The notes below the pieces were generated by a model. It saw only the letters and a program-made list of their open reading frames with translations. It had not been told where the DNA came from and did not search any database. 22,972 nt of DNA from an uncultured virus (IMG/VR IMGVR_UViG_2627854101_000001) (taxonomy: Duplodnaviria > Heunggongvirae > Uroviricota > Caudoviricetes). The position numbers and the translations under genes were made by a program. The DNA lies in IMG/VR virus record IMGVR_UViG_2627854101_000001, positions 62,001-84,972 of that record; one strand, 5' to 3'. This document shows positions 9,586 to 17,812 of the stretch, piece by piece (position 1 is the first letter of the stretch; every line of letters starts with the position of its first letter).

Positions 9586-10091
9586 TGGGATTATTGATAT
9601 TGGCTGGGATTGTTCTTGTTATAACAATAATAGTTGTTTTAATAGATACATACGGGGAATTGATTTTATCTGTAATCTGTGGATTCGTTGCTGCAGTTGT
9701 TGTACTAATTGTTGCTGGACTTATTGCAGTGTTTTTCCCCTTTGATAACCACGCAGTATTAGAAGAAAAGGTAAGTGTTTATTCAATCAAAGACAACATT
9801 AATGTCAGTGGAAAATTTGTACTGGGTTCAGGGATCATCGACGATACACAATATTTGTATTTCGTAATAGAAAAAGAAGGGTTTAAGTCAGTACATAAAG
9901 TTAAAGCAGAAACTTCTAGAGTAAAAGAAGGAAACTATAAAACTCCATATGTGAAAAAGTATCGTTATGAATATACGAATAAATTTGTAAGGTTCATGTT
10001 TGGGGAATCTCCGCCTTTTAAGGATAGCTCATACGATTTCTTTTTACCGGAACATACGGTTACCCAGGAATATAAAGTTGACCTTGAATAG
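9585..10091 (+). CDS. Membrane-anchored hypothetical phage protein, 168 aa
   Basis: Two N-terminal hydrophobic helices; TAATG coupling to the redoxin gene. Confidence 0.83.
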   Translation: MGLLILAGIVLVITIIVVLIDTYGELILSVICGFVAAVVVLIVAGLIAVFFPFDNHAVLEEKVSVYSIKDNINVSGKFVLGSGIIDDTQYLYFVIEKEGFKSVHKVKAETSRVKEGNYKTPYVKKYRYEYTNKFVRFMFGESPPFKDSSYDFFLPEHTVTQEYKVDLE

Positions 10092-10142
10092 TCAATAAAC
10101 GGGTAAGTTTAAACAAACTAAAATTAAAGGAGCTAACACATA

Positions 10143-10571
10143 ATGCAAATTAAAATCAAATACTTAGACGAAACTCAAACAAGAATCAGCAAAATTGAGC
10201 AGGGGGATTGGATTGATCTTCGAGTAGCTGAAGATGTAGCCATCAAAAAGGACGAATTTAAACTTATCCCGTTAGGAGTAGCAATGGAGCTACCGGAAGG
10301 TTATGAGGCTCATGTTGTTCCGCGTTCAAGCACATTTAAAAACTTTGGCATCATTGAGACAAACTCAATGGGTGTTATCGATGAGTCCTACAAGGGAGAC
10401 AATGATTTCTGGTTCTTTCCGGCTTATGCATTACGTGATACAGAAATTAAAAAAGGGGAACGTATCTGTCAGTTCAGAATCATGGAGAAGATGCCTGCAG
10501 TTGAATTGATTGAGGTAGATCATCTAGGCAACGATGATCGAGGTGGGCACGGATCGACTGGAACTAAGTAA
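10143..10571 (+). CDS. dut: Trimeric dUTPase (YosS/YncF type)
   Basis: [21 protein letters not shown] and RGGHGSTG motifs. Confidence 0.97.
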   Translation: MQIKIKYLDETQTRISKIEQGDWIDLRVAEDVAIKKDEFKLIPLGVAMELPEGYEAHVVPRSSTFKNFGIIETNSMGVIDESYKGDNDFWFFPAYALRDTEIKKGERICQFRIMEKMPAVELIEVDHLGNDDRGGHGSTGTK

Positions 10572-10780
10572 TACAAGCCCTGGCTTAGATCATGATGTTT
10601 GTCCAGTGGAGGGTCTTAGCCAGGGTACAACTTAAAATACTCAAAAAGCTCAATAATTATGCCAAACAAAGAGGTTGTTTCAGGAAAAGGTTTTACAAAA
10701 AGGCGTCGATACAGGGATGTTGATGGGATGAACATCTCAATAAAAGAAGACTTTTATCTAAAACAATAAGGAGGAAAAAC

Positions 10781-11179
10781 ATGAATAAACGGACAGAATA
10801 CTTAAATCCAAATGAACAGATTGCCTTCTTTTTTAAAAGAAGCGGTTATTTAGATGATTATCATAGAGACTTAAAAAATCTTAAGCTTGGGCATGTGTCT
10901 TATGATGAAAGTGTTAACGAAGAATTTGATTATAAACTGACTGCAAATAGCACACATGATGGGACTCTGTTATTTGAAATTCAAACCATTGAAGAAGCTC
11001 TAATTAAATTGATAAATCGAAAAACATACTGTCCAAACACTTTTCCGGTTGATAAAAAAATCGAAGAACTTAAAGACATTAGCTATATAGTTGGTGACAT
11101 TGAGCTGGTGAATGATTTTTATAGAGCTAAGCAGAAAACTGCAGTCTCAATCCCAGTTGTGTGCAACTATGTGTTTTAG
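10781..11179 (+). CDS. Hypothetical protein, 132 aa
   Basis: AAGGAGG RBS and ATG. Confidence 0.82.
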   Translation: MNKRTEYLNPNEQIAFFFKRSGYLDDYHRDLKNLKLGHVSYDESVNEEFDYKLTANSTHDGTLLFEIQTIEEALIKLINRKTYCPNTFPVDKKIEELKDISYIVGDIELVNDFYRAKQKTAVSIPVVCNYVF

Positions 11180-11240
11180 ATAAAATTCCATTGATTATAT
11201 GAGACAGAATCAAATTAAAGCAAAAAGGGGCAAAGGAAAA

Positions 11241-11345
11241 ATGAACAAACTCGATCAGAAACAAAAAACAGACCTGGGAAGACAGCTAACAGATAAGCTC
11301 GCTGAAGTTTTAGAAATTGTTGAAAGGTTTAGCAATCATGGATAA
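11241..11345 (+). CDS. Small hypothetical protein, 34 aa (MNKLDQKQKTDLGRQL...)
   Basis: Read manually: AAAGGA RBS; overlaps the next start. Confidence 0.5.
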   Translation: MNKLDQKQKTDLGRQLTDKLAEVLEIVERFSNHG

Positions 11346-11637
11346 ACACATAGAGAAAATAAAAGCCCATCTAAAAGAAATAGAAAATCTTAAACAAGGC
11401 CTCCAATTATTTAGCGAGGATGAAGAGGAACATATAAGCTTACTAGCTAAGATTCAACATCAGTTTGATTTAATTTCAGACGAATCAATGGAAGGGTTTA
11501 AAGAGTTAACTTTACATATAAGAAATACAGGTCAGAAAAGAATACAACGGGGAATTGACCAGCTACCTCATGCAATCAAAGAAAGTGTAAGTGAAGAAAT
11601 TAAAGACATGAAGAGAGCAGGAGAGTTGTTTGATTAA
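11338..11637 (+). CDS. Hypothetical coiled-coil protein (YosV-like by position)
   Basis: ATG 11338 after GAAAGGT. Confidence 0.78.
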   Translation: MDKHIEKIKAHLKEIENLKQGLQLFSEDEEEHISLLAKIQHQFDLISDESMEGFKELTLHIRNTGQKRIQRGIDQLPHAIKESVSEEIKDMKRAGELFD

Positions 11638-11683
11638 GTATAGTCATTTATAGAATAAAAATAAAATAAGGAGATGTATTAGA

Positions 11684-12094
11684 ATTACATACTTTACGTT
11701 ATTACTTGCAGCATACTTATTTGCATTAAACATTAATGAAATTAGATTAATTACACGAGGAGAACAGAACGTATACGCTAAAGTTGCGCATTTTCTTTCT
11801 AACATACCGTATAAAGAACTGAAGAAAAATAAGAACTTAGTATATGTCATTACATTGTTCAAGGGGATTTCATTCATCATCCCCTTGGCTACTATTGGAT
11901 TGATTACGCACGGTAACTTGTTAATGTTAGCTTGGACAGCTTTTGCTTTAATATATACCGGTTTAACAATGTTTAAAATCCTTGATGTTTTGGAAGGTGA
12001 CTCAAACAATAAGCAAAACAAGTTCGTGTACATGCTGTTTGTTTGCGGTAATATTGTCTTCGTGATTAACTTTATTATTGGTCGTTTCGTTTAA
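11684..12094 (+). CDS. Membrane protein, about 136 aa, probable ATT start
   Basis: TAAGGAG 11667-11673; frame open from 11654 with no canonical start until TTG 11855; four hydrophobic segments. Confidence 0.68.
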   Translation: MTYFTLLLAAYLFALNINEIRLITRGEQNVYAKVAHFLSNIPYKELKKNKNLVYVITLFKGISFIIPLATIGLITHGNLLMLAWTAFALIYTGLTMFKILDVLEGDSNNKQNKFVYMLFVCGNIVFVINFIIGRFV

Positions 12095-12705
12095 GCGTCT
12101 AATTCATGTTCATGATACGGTTCAAGCCATTTAAGCTCTGGTCTAGAAGGATGTCTTGGTGAATTCTTAACTGTGAGAAGCCTGTTGTAATGGGTTTTGA
12201 TAACAAATGCCTCGTCTTTATTTATTCCTTTTAGGAGTTGTTTAACATCTTGGCATTGCTTATTAAAACTTCGTTTATCGAATCGCTTTGGACAATCACC
12301 CCAAGCAAAGATTACCTTTTTAGATTCTTTGGCTAAATTGGCTATAATTTGATGATTATTCTTAACAGTGGCTTCATACAGGCTACTGTCCTCTTTTTGA
12401 AGCTTATGAATTATTGAGGACAATTCTGCTGAATTTGTTTCGTAAAAAGGATAGAGATTGACAATATGAATGGTTCCAACTTCATTTAATGAGTGGCTAA
12501 AATTACATAACTTAGTTATAGTGAGGTCGGATAGTTCTTTGTCAGCAATACTTGGATTTAACATAATAAACACATATGAAGAGTCTAAATTATTATTAAG
12601 CTTTATTGATAAACAATATCTTGCTTCAATTGAGTCTGTTAATCTTTCAGTTTTACATTCCAGTACTTCTTTAACCACCGCTGGCTTGTATTTATAAACA
12701 GACAA
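12091..12705 (-). CDS. DUF1643-family protein, putative uracil-DNA-glycosylase superfamily fold
   Basis: FIMLNPSIAD...D.TI, IVNLYPF, IFAWG and PRHPSR motifs. AAAGAGGTGAT RBS precedes TTG 12705 (ORF track start 12714). Confidence 0.85.
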   Translation of the reverse strand: MSVYKYKPAVVKEVLECKTERLTDSIEARYCLSIKLNNNLDSSYVFIMLNPSIADKELSDLTITKLCNFSHSLNEVGTIHIVNLYPFYETNSAELSSIIHKLQKEDSSLYEATVKNNHQIIANLAKESKKVIFAWGDCPKRFDKRSFNKQCQDVKQLLKGINKDEAFVIKTHYNRLLTVKNSPRHPSRPELKWLEPYHEHELDA

Positions 12706-12775
12706 AAAGATCACCTCTTTCCATTATGTGGGCAAGAATATTTTACCAAACGATGGAATTGAAAGGAAGGGAATT

Positions 12776-13615
12776 ATGAGTCAATTTGATATGCAGTACA
12801 ACACAATCATAAATGACATAATTAATAATGGAATATCTGACGAAGAATTCGATGTCAGAACCAAGTGGGATACAGATGGAACACCAGCACATACATTAAG
12901 TGTAATCAGTAAGCAAATGCGCTTTGATAATTCCGAAGTACCGATTTTAACAACTAAAAAAGTCGCCTGGAAAACAGCAATCAAGGAATTGCTTTGGATA
13001 TGGCAGCTTAAATCAAACAATGTGAACGAATTAAACAAGATGGGTGTACACATCTGGGATCAATGGAAACAAGCAGACGGCACAATCGGCAAAGCATATG
13101 GCTATCAGCTTGGTAAGAAAAACAGAATGCTAAACGGTGAGAAAGTTGATCAGGTTGACTATCTTCTCCATCAGTTAAAGAACAACCCATCTTCACGTAG
13201 GCATATTACAATGCTTTGGAATCCTGATGAATTAGCCTCAATGTCCTTGACACCTTGTGTATATGAGACGCAATGGTACATAAAACAAGGTAAGCTTCAT
13301 TTAGAGGTAAGAGCACGTAGTAACGATATGGCTTTAGGGAATCCGTTTAATGTATTCCAGTACAATGTATTGCAGCGTATGATTGCTCAAGTTACTGGAT
13401 ATGAGCTAGGTGAGTATATCTTCAATATCGGAGACTGTCACGTGTACACTCGTCATATAGACAATTTGAAAATTCAAATGGACAGAGAGCAATATGAAGC
13501 ACCTGAACTATGGATTAATCCAGATGTAAAGGACTTCTATGATTTCACAATTGACGATTTCCAGCTGATTAATTATAAGCATGGAGACAAGCTTTACTTT
13601 GAGGTAGCAGTATAA
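12776..13615 (+). CDS. thyA: Thymidylate synthase (ThyA/ThyP3 type), 279 aa
   Basis: PILTTKK, ELLWIW, SSRRH, LTPC (catalytic Cys), RSND, PFNVFQY and GDCHVY; ATG after AAAGGAAGGG. Confidence 0.98.
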   Translation: MSQFDMQYNTIINDIINNGISDEEFDVRTKWDTDGTPAHTLSVISKQMRFDNSEVPILTTKKVAWKTAIKELLWIWQLKSNNVNELNKMGVHIWDQWKQADGTIGKAYGYQLGKKNRMLNGEKVDQVDYLLHQLKNNPSSRRHITMLWNPDELASMSLTPCVYETQWYIKQGKLHLEVRARSNDMALGNPFNVFQYNVLQRMIAQVTGYELGEYIFNIGDCHVYTRHIDNLKIQMDREQYEAPELWINPDVKDFYDFTIDDFQLINYKHGDKLYFEVAV

Positions 13616-14121
13616 TGCTATCTCTTATTGCTTGCTGCGACAAATCAATGGCCATTGGGTATGAGAATAATTTGCTTTACCATATTCCTGAAGACATGAA
13701 ACGTTTTAAAGAAATCACTACAGTAAAGTTGTGTATTCAGGGAAGGCTTACATACGAATCGATCGTACACATTACAGGAAAACCACTTCAAAACCGAAGG
13801 AATATCATATTGACTAAAAATAAAGATTTCAAGCCTGATCACTCTTCATTTGTTTATCATTCGGTTAACGATGTATTAAAGCTTATACGAGGACAATTGG
13901 ATAAAAATGAAGAGGTAATGGTCATTGGAGGAGGCGCTATATACGAGGCATTCTTACCACATGCTGATAAGGTTTATTTGACGATTGTTGATTCACTTGC
14001 TGAGAAGGCAGATTCATATTTTCCCAGGTTAAATGACGATTGGAGAGTAATTGAAAAGGATCACAGAAAAGCAAACAACAATACCACATTTAATTATTCA
14101 TTTGTGACTTACTCAAAATAA
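13615..14121 (+). CDS. dfrA: Dihydrofolate reductase
   Basis: AIG..N.L..HIPEDMKRF, GR.TYESI, PL.NRRNIILT, VIGGGAIY and ADSYFP; TAATG coupling to thyA. Confidence 0.95.
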   Translation: MLSLIACCDKSMAIGYENNLLYHIPEDMKRFKEITTVKLCIQGRLTYESIVHITGKPLQNRRNIILTKNKDFKPDHSSFVYHSVNDVLKLIRGQLDKNEEVMVIGGGAIYEAFLPHADKVYLTIVDSLAEKADSYFPRLNDDWRVIEKDHRKANNNTTFNYSFVTYSK

Positions 14122-14146
14122 ATTAAGAATAAAAATAAAATAGTTA

Positions 14147-14175
14147 TAGACTTTTGAGAAGTTGAATGATAAGAT
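14147..14175 (+). promoter_or_regulatory. SigA-type promoter with extended -10
   Basis: TAGACT-17 nt-TAAGAT with TG at -15/-14; flanked by two copies of AGAATAAAAATAAAATA. Confidence 0.65.
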
Positions 14176-14205
14176 AAAGACAAGTTAAAAGCTTGTCTTT
14201 TTTTT
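14176..14205 (+). terminator. Intrinsic terminator after thyA-dfr
   Basis: AAAGACAAG / CTTGTCTTT stem followed by a T run. Confidence 0.85.
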
Positions 14206-14250
14206 ACATACTTTTAGAATAAAAATAAAATAATAAATAGGAGTGACGAT

Positions 14251-14616
14251 ATGAAAACTGCAACAGATTATCTTGTTTCCATTTCAAAACCTCTTGTAGC
14301 AATTGAAGAGACTAAACAACGACTTCAAAATGAAATTGATAACCTTTATAAAGAGCTAGGGAAAGTTGATAAAGAGCTCAATGAATTTTATCACAAGTTA
14401 GAAGAGGACAAATTTAATGCATCAGAGGGATATCATCTTTCATTAAAAGGTCAAAAGATATTGAGAAAGCGAAGAAGCTTAAAGCAAGAGCTCCAATTAC
14501 TGAACACGCTTTTCGGCAGCTTAAACAAAAATGGATGGACTCTTGAATCACTGAAGATTGCAGAATATAAAATTAGTAAAAAGAAAAACAAGCATTTACA
14601 GTATGAATCGGTTTAA
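14251..14616 (+). CDS. Hypothetical coiled-coil protein, 121 aa
   Basis: AGGAGTG RBS and ATG. Confidence 0.83.
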   Translation: MKTATDYLVSISKPLVAIEETKQRLQNEIDNLYKELGKVDKELNEFYHKLEEDKFNASEGYHLSLKGQKILRKRRSLKQELQLLNTLFGSLNKNGWTLESLKIAEYKISKKKNKHLQYESV

Positions 14617-14638
14617 GAACAAGCCTACATAATTAAAT

Positions 14639-14661
14639 AAAAAAGAGAGGGAAGCCCTCTC
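14639..14661 (-). terminator. Intrinsic terminator of the secreted-protein gene (possibly bidirectional)
   Basis: GAGAGGG-aag-CCCTCTC stem with an A6 run on its left, which is a U-tract on the - strand. Confidence 0.82.
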
Positions 14662-14667
14662 AATGTA

Positions 14668-15198
14668 TTAGTAATTATAATCCCAATAAACATCAACATT
14701 AACCTTTACTTGAGCTACACTGTCATTGTTATGTGCTCGGATATACAATTGTTTTCCTGAAATAAGTGATGTGTTCACGCTAAATACTTTGTAAAATTGT
14801 TCACTGATATAATTTCCGCCACTTGGTGTAACAGAAGCCAGCACAGTACCATCTGACTTCATTAATTCATAAGTCACATTTGCACTTCTACTTCCTGTTC
14901 CTGTTGACCATTGTTTCCCCATGATGGAAATCTTGGTTACGTTGTTTGGTGTAAAGCTGGAGACTACTGTTGCGTAAGATGCAGGGCCTGAAGAAGATCT
15001 ACCTATGTTGACTTCACCAACACCATTTTTGCGATCTGTGCCAGTTTTTAAAACATGGAAGCTATCAGTATTTGTTAAGGCTTCAAGATTACTGTGAGGC
15101 ACGGCAGCTGGCTCACTTTTAGCAGTGGCATTCGCTGACGCAGCTACACCGGTAAGACCAATAGTTGAAACTAATAAAGCAATTGCTGTCTTTTTCAT
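14668..15198 (-). CDS. Secreted protein of unknown function (moron-like), about 176 aa
   Basis: MKK + hydrophobic core + ASA/ANA signal peptide; Ser/Thr/Gly-rich mature part; AAAGGGAG RBS 9 nt before ATG 15198. Confidence 0.87.
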   Translation of the reverse strand: MKKTAIALLVSTIGLTGVAASANATAKSEPAAVPHSNLEALTNTDSFHVLKTGTDRKNGVGEVNIGRSSSGPASYATVVSSFTPNNVTKISIMGKQWSTGTGSRSANVTYELMKSDGTVLASVTPSGGNYISEQFYKVFSVNTSLISGKQLYIRAHNNDSVAQVKVNVDVYWDYNY

Positions 15199-15236
15199 TA
15201 AAAACATCTCCCTTTTTAGGTATGTAATACAACTAT

Positions 15237-15245
15237 ATTATAACA
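15237..15245 (-). promoter_or_regulatory. Extended -10 SigA promoter for the secreted-protein gene
   Basis: TGtTATAAT on the - strand; poor -35. Confidence 0.6.
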
Positions 15246-15342
15246 ATTAATTTTGAAATAAATGGAGAATATTGTGGATATATAGTGAATTTTCTGAATG
15301 AGGTGTAAATTTCTTAAATGCGAACTTTAAGGAGGTGATTAA

Positions 15343-15690
15343 TTGCAACAAAAAGAGCAAGAATTGGTGTCAAAGAAAGAACGGGTTGAAATTGATGTTT
15401 TAGAAAAGGAAGCAGCTTTACTCCGGCTGGAAGTGGAACAAGAAGATTTTAATCTCCACAAAATTGAGGAGATCGGTGTACTCAAAGATTTTCTTTTATA
15501 CATAAAGAAATACAGAGCAATGTTTACTGTGCAGCAAGCAGAAGAAATTAGAAATATGGATGACCGAATGAAAGAAATTATCAAAGTCCATGATGGACAA
15601 GTAATTGTTGATGAAGGATCTTTAGAGGCGTTTATTGAGGAAATTGAGAATCAAATTAATTTAGATATAAGTGGAGGGAATAAGCGATGA
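15343..15690 (+). CDS. Hypothetical protein, 115 aa (YosX-like)
   Basis: Perfect AAGGAGGTGA RBS and TTG start. Confidence 0.85.
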   Translation: MQQKEQELVSKKERVEIDVLEKEAALLRLEVEQEDFNLHKIEEIGVLKDFLLYIKKYRAMFTVQQAEEIRNMDDRMKEIIKVHDGQVIVDEGSLEAFIEEIENQINLDISGGNKR

Positions 15691-15735
15691 AGGAGTGGTT
15701 AATACATGGTTTTAAAAACTCGGAGGGATTGCGTA

Positions 15736-16785
15736 ATGGCTGAAACGAAAGAGTACGTACAGATTAAGAAGGCGCCCTGTAGATCGATATGGTATGCAGA
15801 TAAGATTGGGAGCATATTTCCTTCGTTAGGGACGTGGGAGAACGCGTATAAGGTCGATAGTCCGGATAGGGCGCTGTATATTCGAAAAGAGGACGCTGAG
15901 CTTATCATCACTGAAAATCGTCGCCCCAAAGTCGACGAGCGCGTGTTAATTACGGAAGTACTATTGTCATCAAGCGACTATAAGATTGGCGATATCTGCA
16001 CGGTACGAAGCGTAGTAGACGCCTACGGGACTATTACCGTAAAAGAGAACGCTAATTGTGTACTAGCGAGGGAATACGAAGTCATCATCAATAGCGAAGT
16101 TAAAAACGAGGAGGCTAACGGAATGAAAAGGGAATACGCATTTAAACCGAACTTGGACGCAATGGGATACGACGAGTTAATCGCGCACGGTGAAGGATAT
16201 CGGCAAGGCAAGTTCGATGCGGAGACGGATACTACGCACGGGCAGGCTCCGGCTCACAAAAGCGCCCAAGTCCTACGCGATGAAATCGTTGAGATGGCAA
16301 AGGCGGACGTTGAGAATTTGAAGGCGTACGGAAAGCAGTCGTCAAGATCTACCAGCCTCGGAAATTTAACGTATAGAGAGTATTATTATTCGGTTGAGTT
16401 TAAGGTTAGCTCCAATAAGCGGAAGGTAAGCGCATTAATCTATCCTATCGGTCGTCTCGGCTTCATATCAGGTAGACCCATTCATGTCGGCCGAGCAAAA
16501 GCCGCACCGGACGACTGCTTCAACGTTCACATCGGCAAAGCTATTGCGCTAAGACGTGCGCTAGGCTTGACGGTGCCGGATGAATACTTGAACGCTCCGC
16601 AGCCGACTGAGGTTCGTGTAGGCGATGTTATAGAAGTTACATTAGATAGCGGAGAAATAGAGAAAAAGCCCGTTATTTCTTTAAAAGCAGGAAGTCTAAA
16701 TGCGCATTTGCCGGGAAGGATTGTACAGTACCCATCGCATTATGCAAAAATCATCGACGACTCACGCGAAGAGGTGGGCGAATGA
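15736..16785 (+). CDS. Mosaic phage protein, about 349 aa, function unknown
   Basis: GGAGGG RBS before ATG 15736. Contains G.AKAAPDDCFNVHIGKAIALRRALG, a motif I recognise from Bacillus siphophage hypothetical proteins. Confidence 0.85.
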   Translation: MAETKEYVQIKKAPCRSIWYADKIGSIFPSLGTWENAYKVDSPDRALYIRKEDAELIITENRRPKVDERVLITEVLLSSSDYKIGDICTVRSVVDAYGTITVKENANCVLAREYEVIINSEVKNEEANGMKREYAFKPNLDAMGYDELIAHGEGYRQGKFDAETDTTHGQAPAHKSAQVLRDEIVEMAKADVENLKAYGKQSSRSTSLGNLTYREYYYSVEFKVSSNKRKVSALIYPIGRLGFISGRPIHVGRAKAAPDDCFNVHIGKAIALRRALGLTVPDEYLNAPQPTEVRVGDVIEVTLDSGEIEKKPVISLKAGSLNAHLPGRIVQYPSHYAKIIDDSREEVGE

Positions 16786-16928
16786 CTTACGATCCCGCGA
16801 AAGTGACGACCGATCTTGATTTCGTAGACGGCATGCTACGTGTCGTAAAGGATTCGGGATACACCGTGTACCTCATCGTAGATAGAGATACCGGAAAGAT
16901 TCACGTAATAAACGTAATTGAGAATTAA
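16782..16928 (+). CDS. Small hypothetical protein, 48 aa (MTYDPAKVTTDLDFVDG...)
   Basis: Read manually: GAGGTG RBS and ATGA overlap. Confidence 0.72.
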   Translation: MTYDPAKVTTDLDFVDGMLRVVKDSGYTVYLIVDRDTGKIHVINVIEN

Positions 16929-16945
16929 CGAAAGGAGGCGCGTGA

Positions 16946-17149
16946 GTGACGTATCATAGACGCTTGAAAACAACGGTGTTTAAAAAATATAGCAGGTACG
17001 ATTGGACTTACGATGGAATGTTTGAAAAACCAAGAGTGAAAGGCAGCGATAAAAGAAAGCGATCGAAACATGAGCGAATAATCCGAAAAGTGATGGATAA
17101 AAAAGAAATTAGTTATTACGACCAAGTTAATATGAAATCTGTATTTTAA
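16946..17149 (+). CDS. Small basic hypothetical protein, 67 aa
   Basis: AAAGGAGG RBS and GTG start. Confidence 0.75.
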   Translation: MTYHRRLKTTVFKKYSRYDWTYDGMFEKPRVKGSDKRKRSKHERIIRKVMDKKEISYYDQVNMKSVF

Positions 17150-17167
17150 AGAGAAGGATAGTGAGCT

Positions 17168-17473
17168 ATGGAGAAAATCAATGGCAGGTATAGGATTAAA
17201 ACACCTTGTCCAAAGGGAATTTCAGGATGTGCTGTTTGTCATTATTTATGGATAGACGAAGATGCGTACGACCAGATTTTCGATTGTTATTATGATTATT
17301 ATGGCAAAAAACTAGACCCATCATCTGTGGTCAAAATACATAAACACCTGCCGAAAGATATTCACTTGTTAGCAGAAGAATGGGGATGGAATGACACAGA
17401 GGTCAGAGAAAAAATTTATAAATGGTTGAGAGAAGAGATGATCTGGGTGTTCGGGCTTGGGAAAGGAGTATAA
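17168..17473 (+). CDS. Hypothetical protein, 101 aa, with CP...GCAVCH Cys/His motif
   Basis: GAAGGA RBS and ATG. Confidence 0.8.
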   Translation: MEKINGRYRIKTPCPKGISGCAVCHYLWIDEDAYDQIFDCYYDYYGKKLDPSSVVKIHKHLPKDIHLLAEEWGWNDTEVREKIYKWLREEMIWVFGLGKGV

Positions 17474-17495
17474 AAATAGAGGGGATTAACCCCTC
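17472..17495 (-). terminator. Intrinsic terminator of sspC
   Basis: GAGGGG-attaa-CCCCTC stem with AAAAATA on its left. Confidence 0.78.
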
Positions 17496-17500
17496 ATACA

Positions 17501-17713
17501 TTAATGAAATTGTCCATTCATGCTTTGTTGAGCCAGGCGAACCAAACGTTTTGTAATTTCTCCACCTACTGATCCGTTTGCTCGGCTAGTTGTCTCAGGC
17601 CCTAAGTTCACACCGAACTCAGAAGCAATTTCATACTTCATTTGTTCAAGGGCACCAGCAGCTTGAGGTACAAGTAATTCATTGCTGTTGTTTGATCTGT
17701 TTTGTTGAGCCAT
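17501..17713 (-). CDS. sspC: Alpha/beta-type small acid-soluble spore protein, 70 aa
   Basis: LLVPQA...[41 protein letters not shown] before ATG 17713. Confidence 0.96.
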   Translation of the reverse strand: MAQQNRSNNSNELLVPQAAGALEQMKYEIASEFGVNLGPETTSRANGSVGGEITKRLVRLAQQSMNGQFH

Positions 17714-17757
17714 TTGATCATCTCCTAAAGTAGTATGTAAACAAGTTTGTTCAATTG

Positions 17758-17787
17758 TATTGTGTGGAGATGTTTTGAAAATATACA
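17758..17787 (-). promoter_or_regulatory. SigG (forespore) promoter of sspC
   Basis: TGTATA-17 nt-CACAATA on the - strand. Confidence 0.72.
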
Positions 17788-17812
17788 AATTAATTTGAAG
17801 TGAGGGGATTAC

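Noticed and set aside
11644..12033. 129-aa minus-strand ORF
   Set aside because: It is the antisense shadow of the + strand membrane gene, which has an RBS; no evident RBS of its own.
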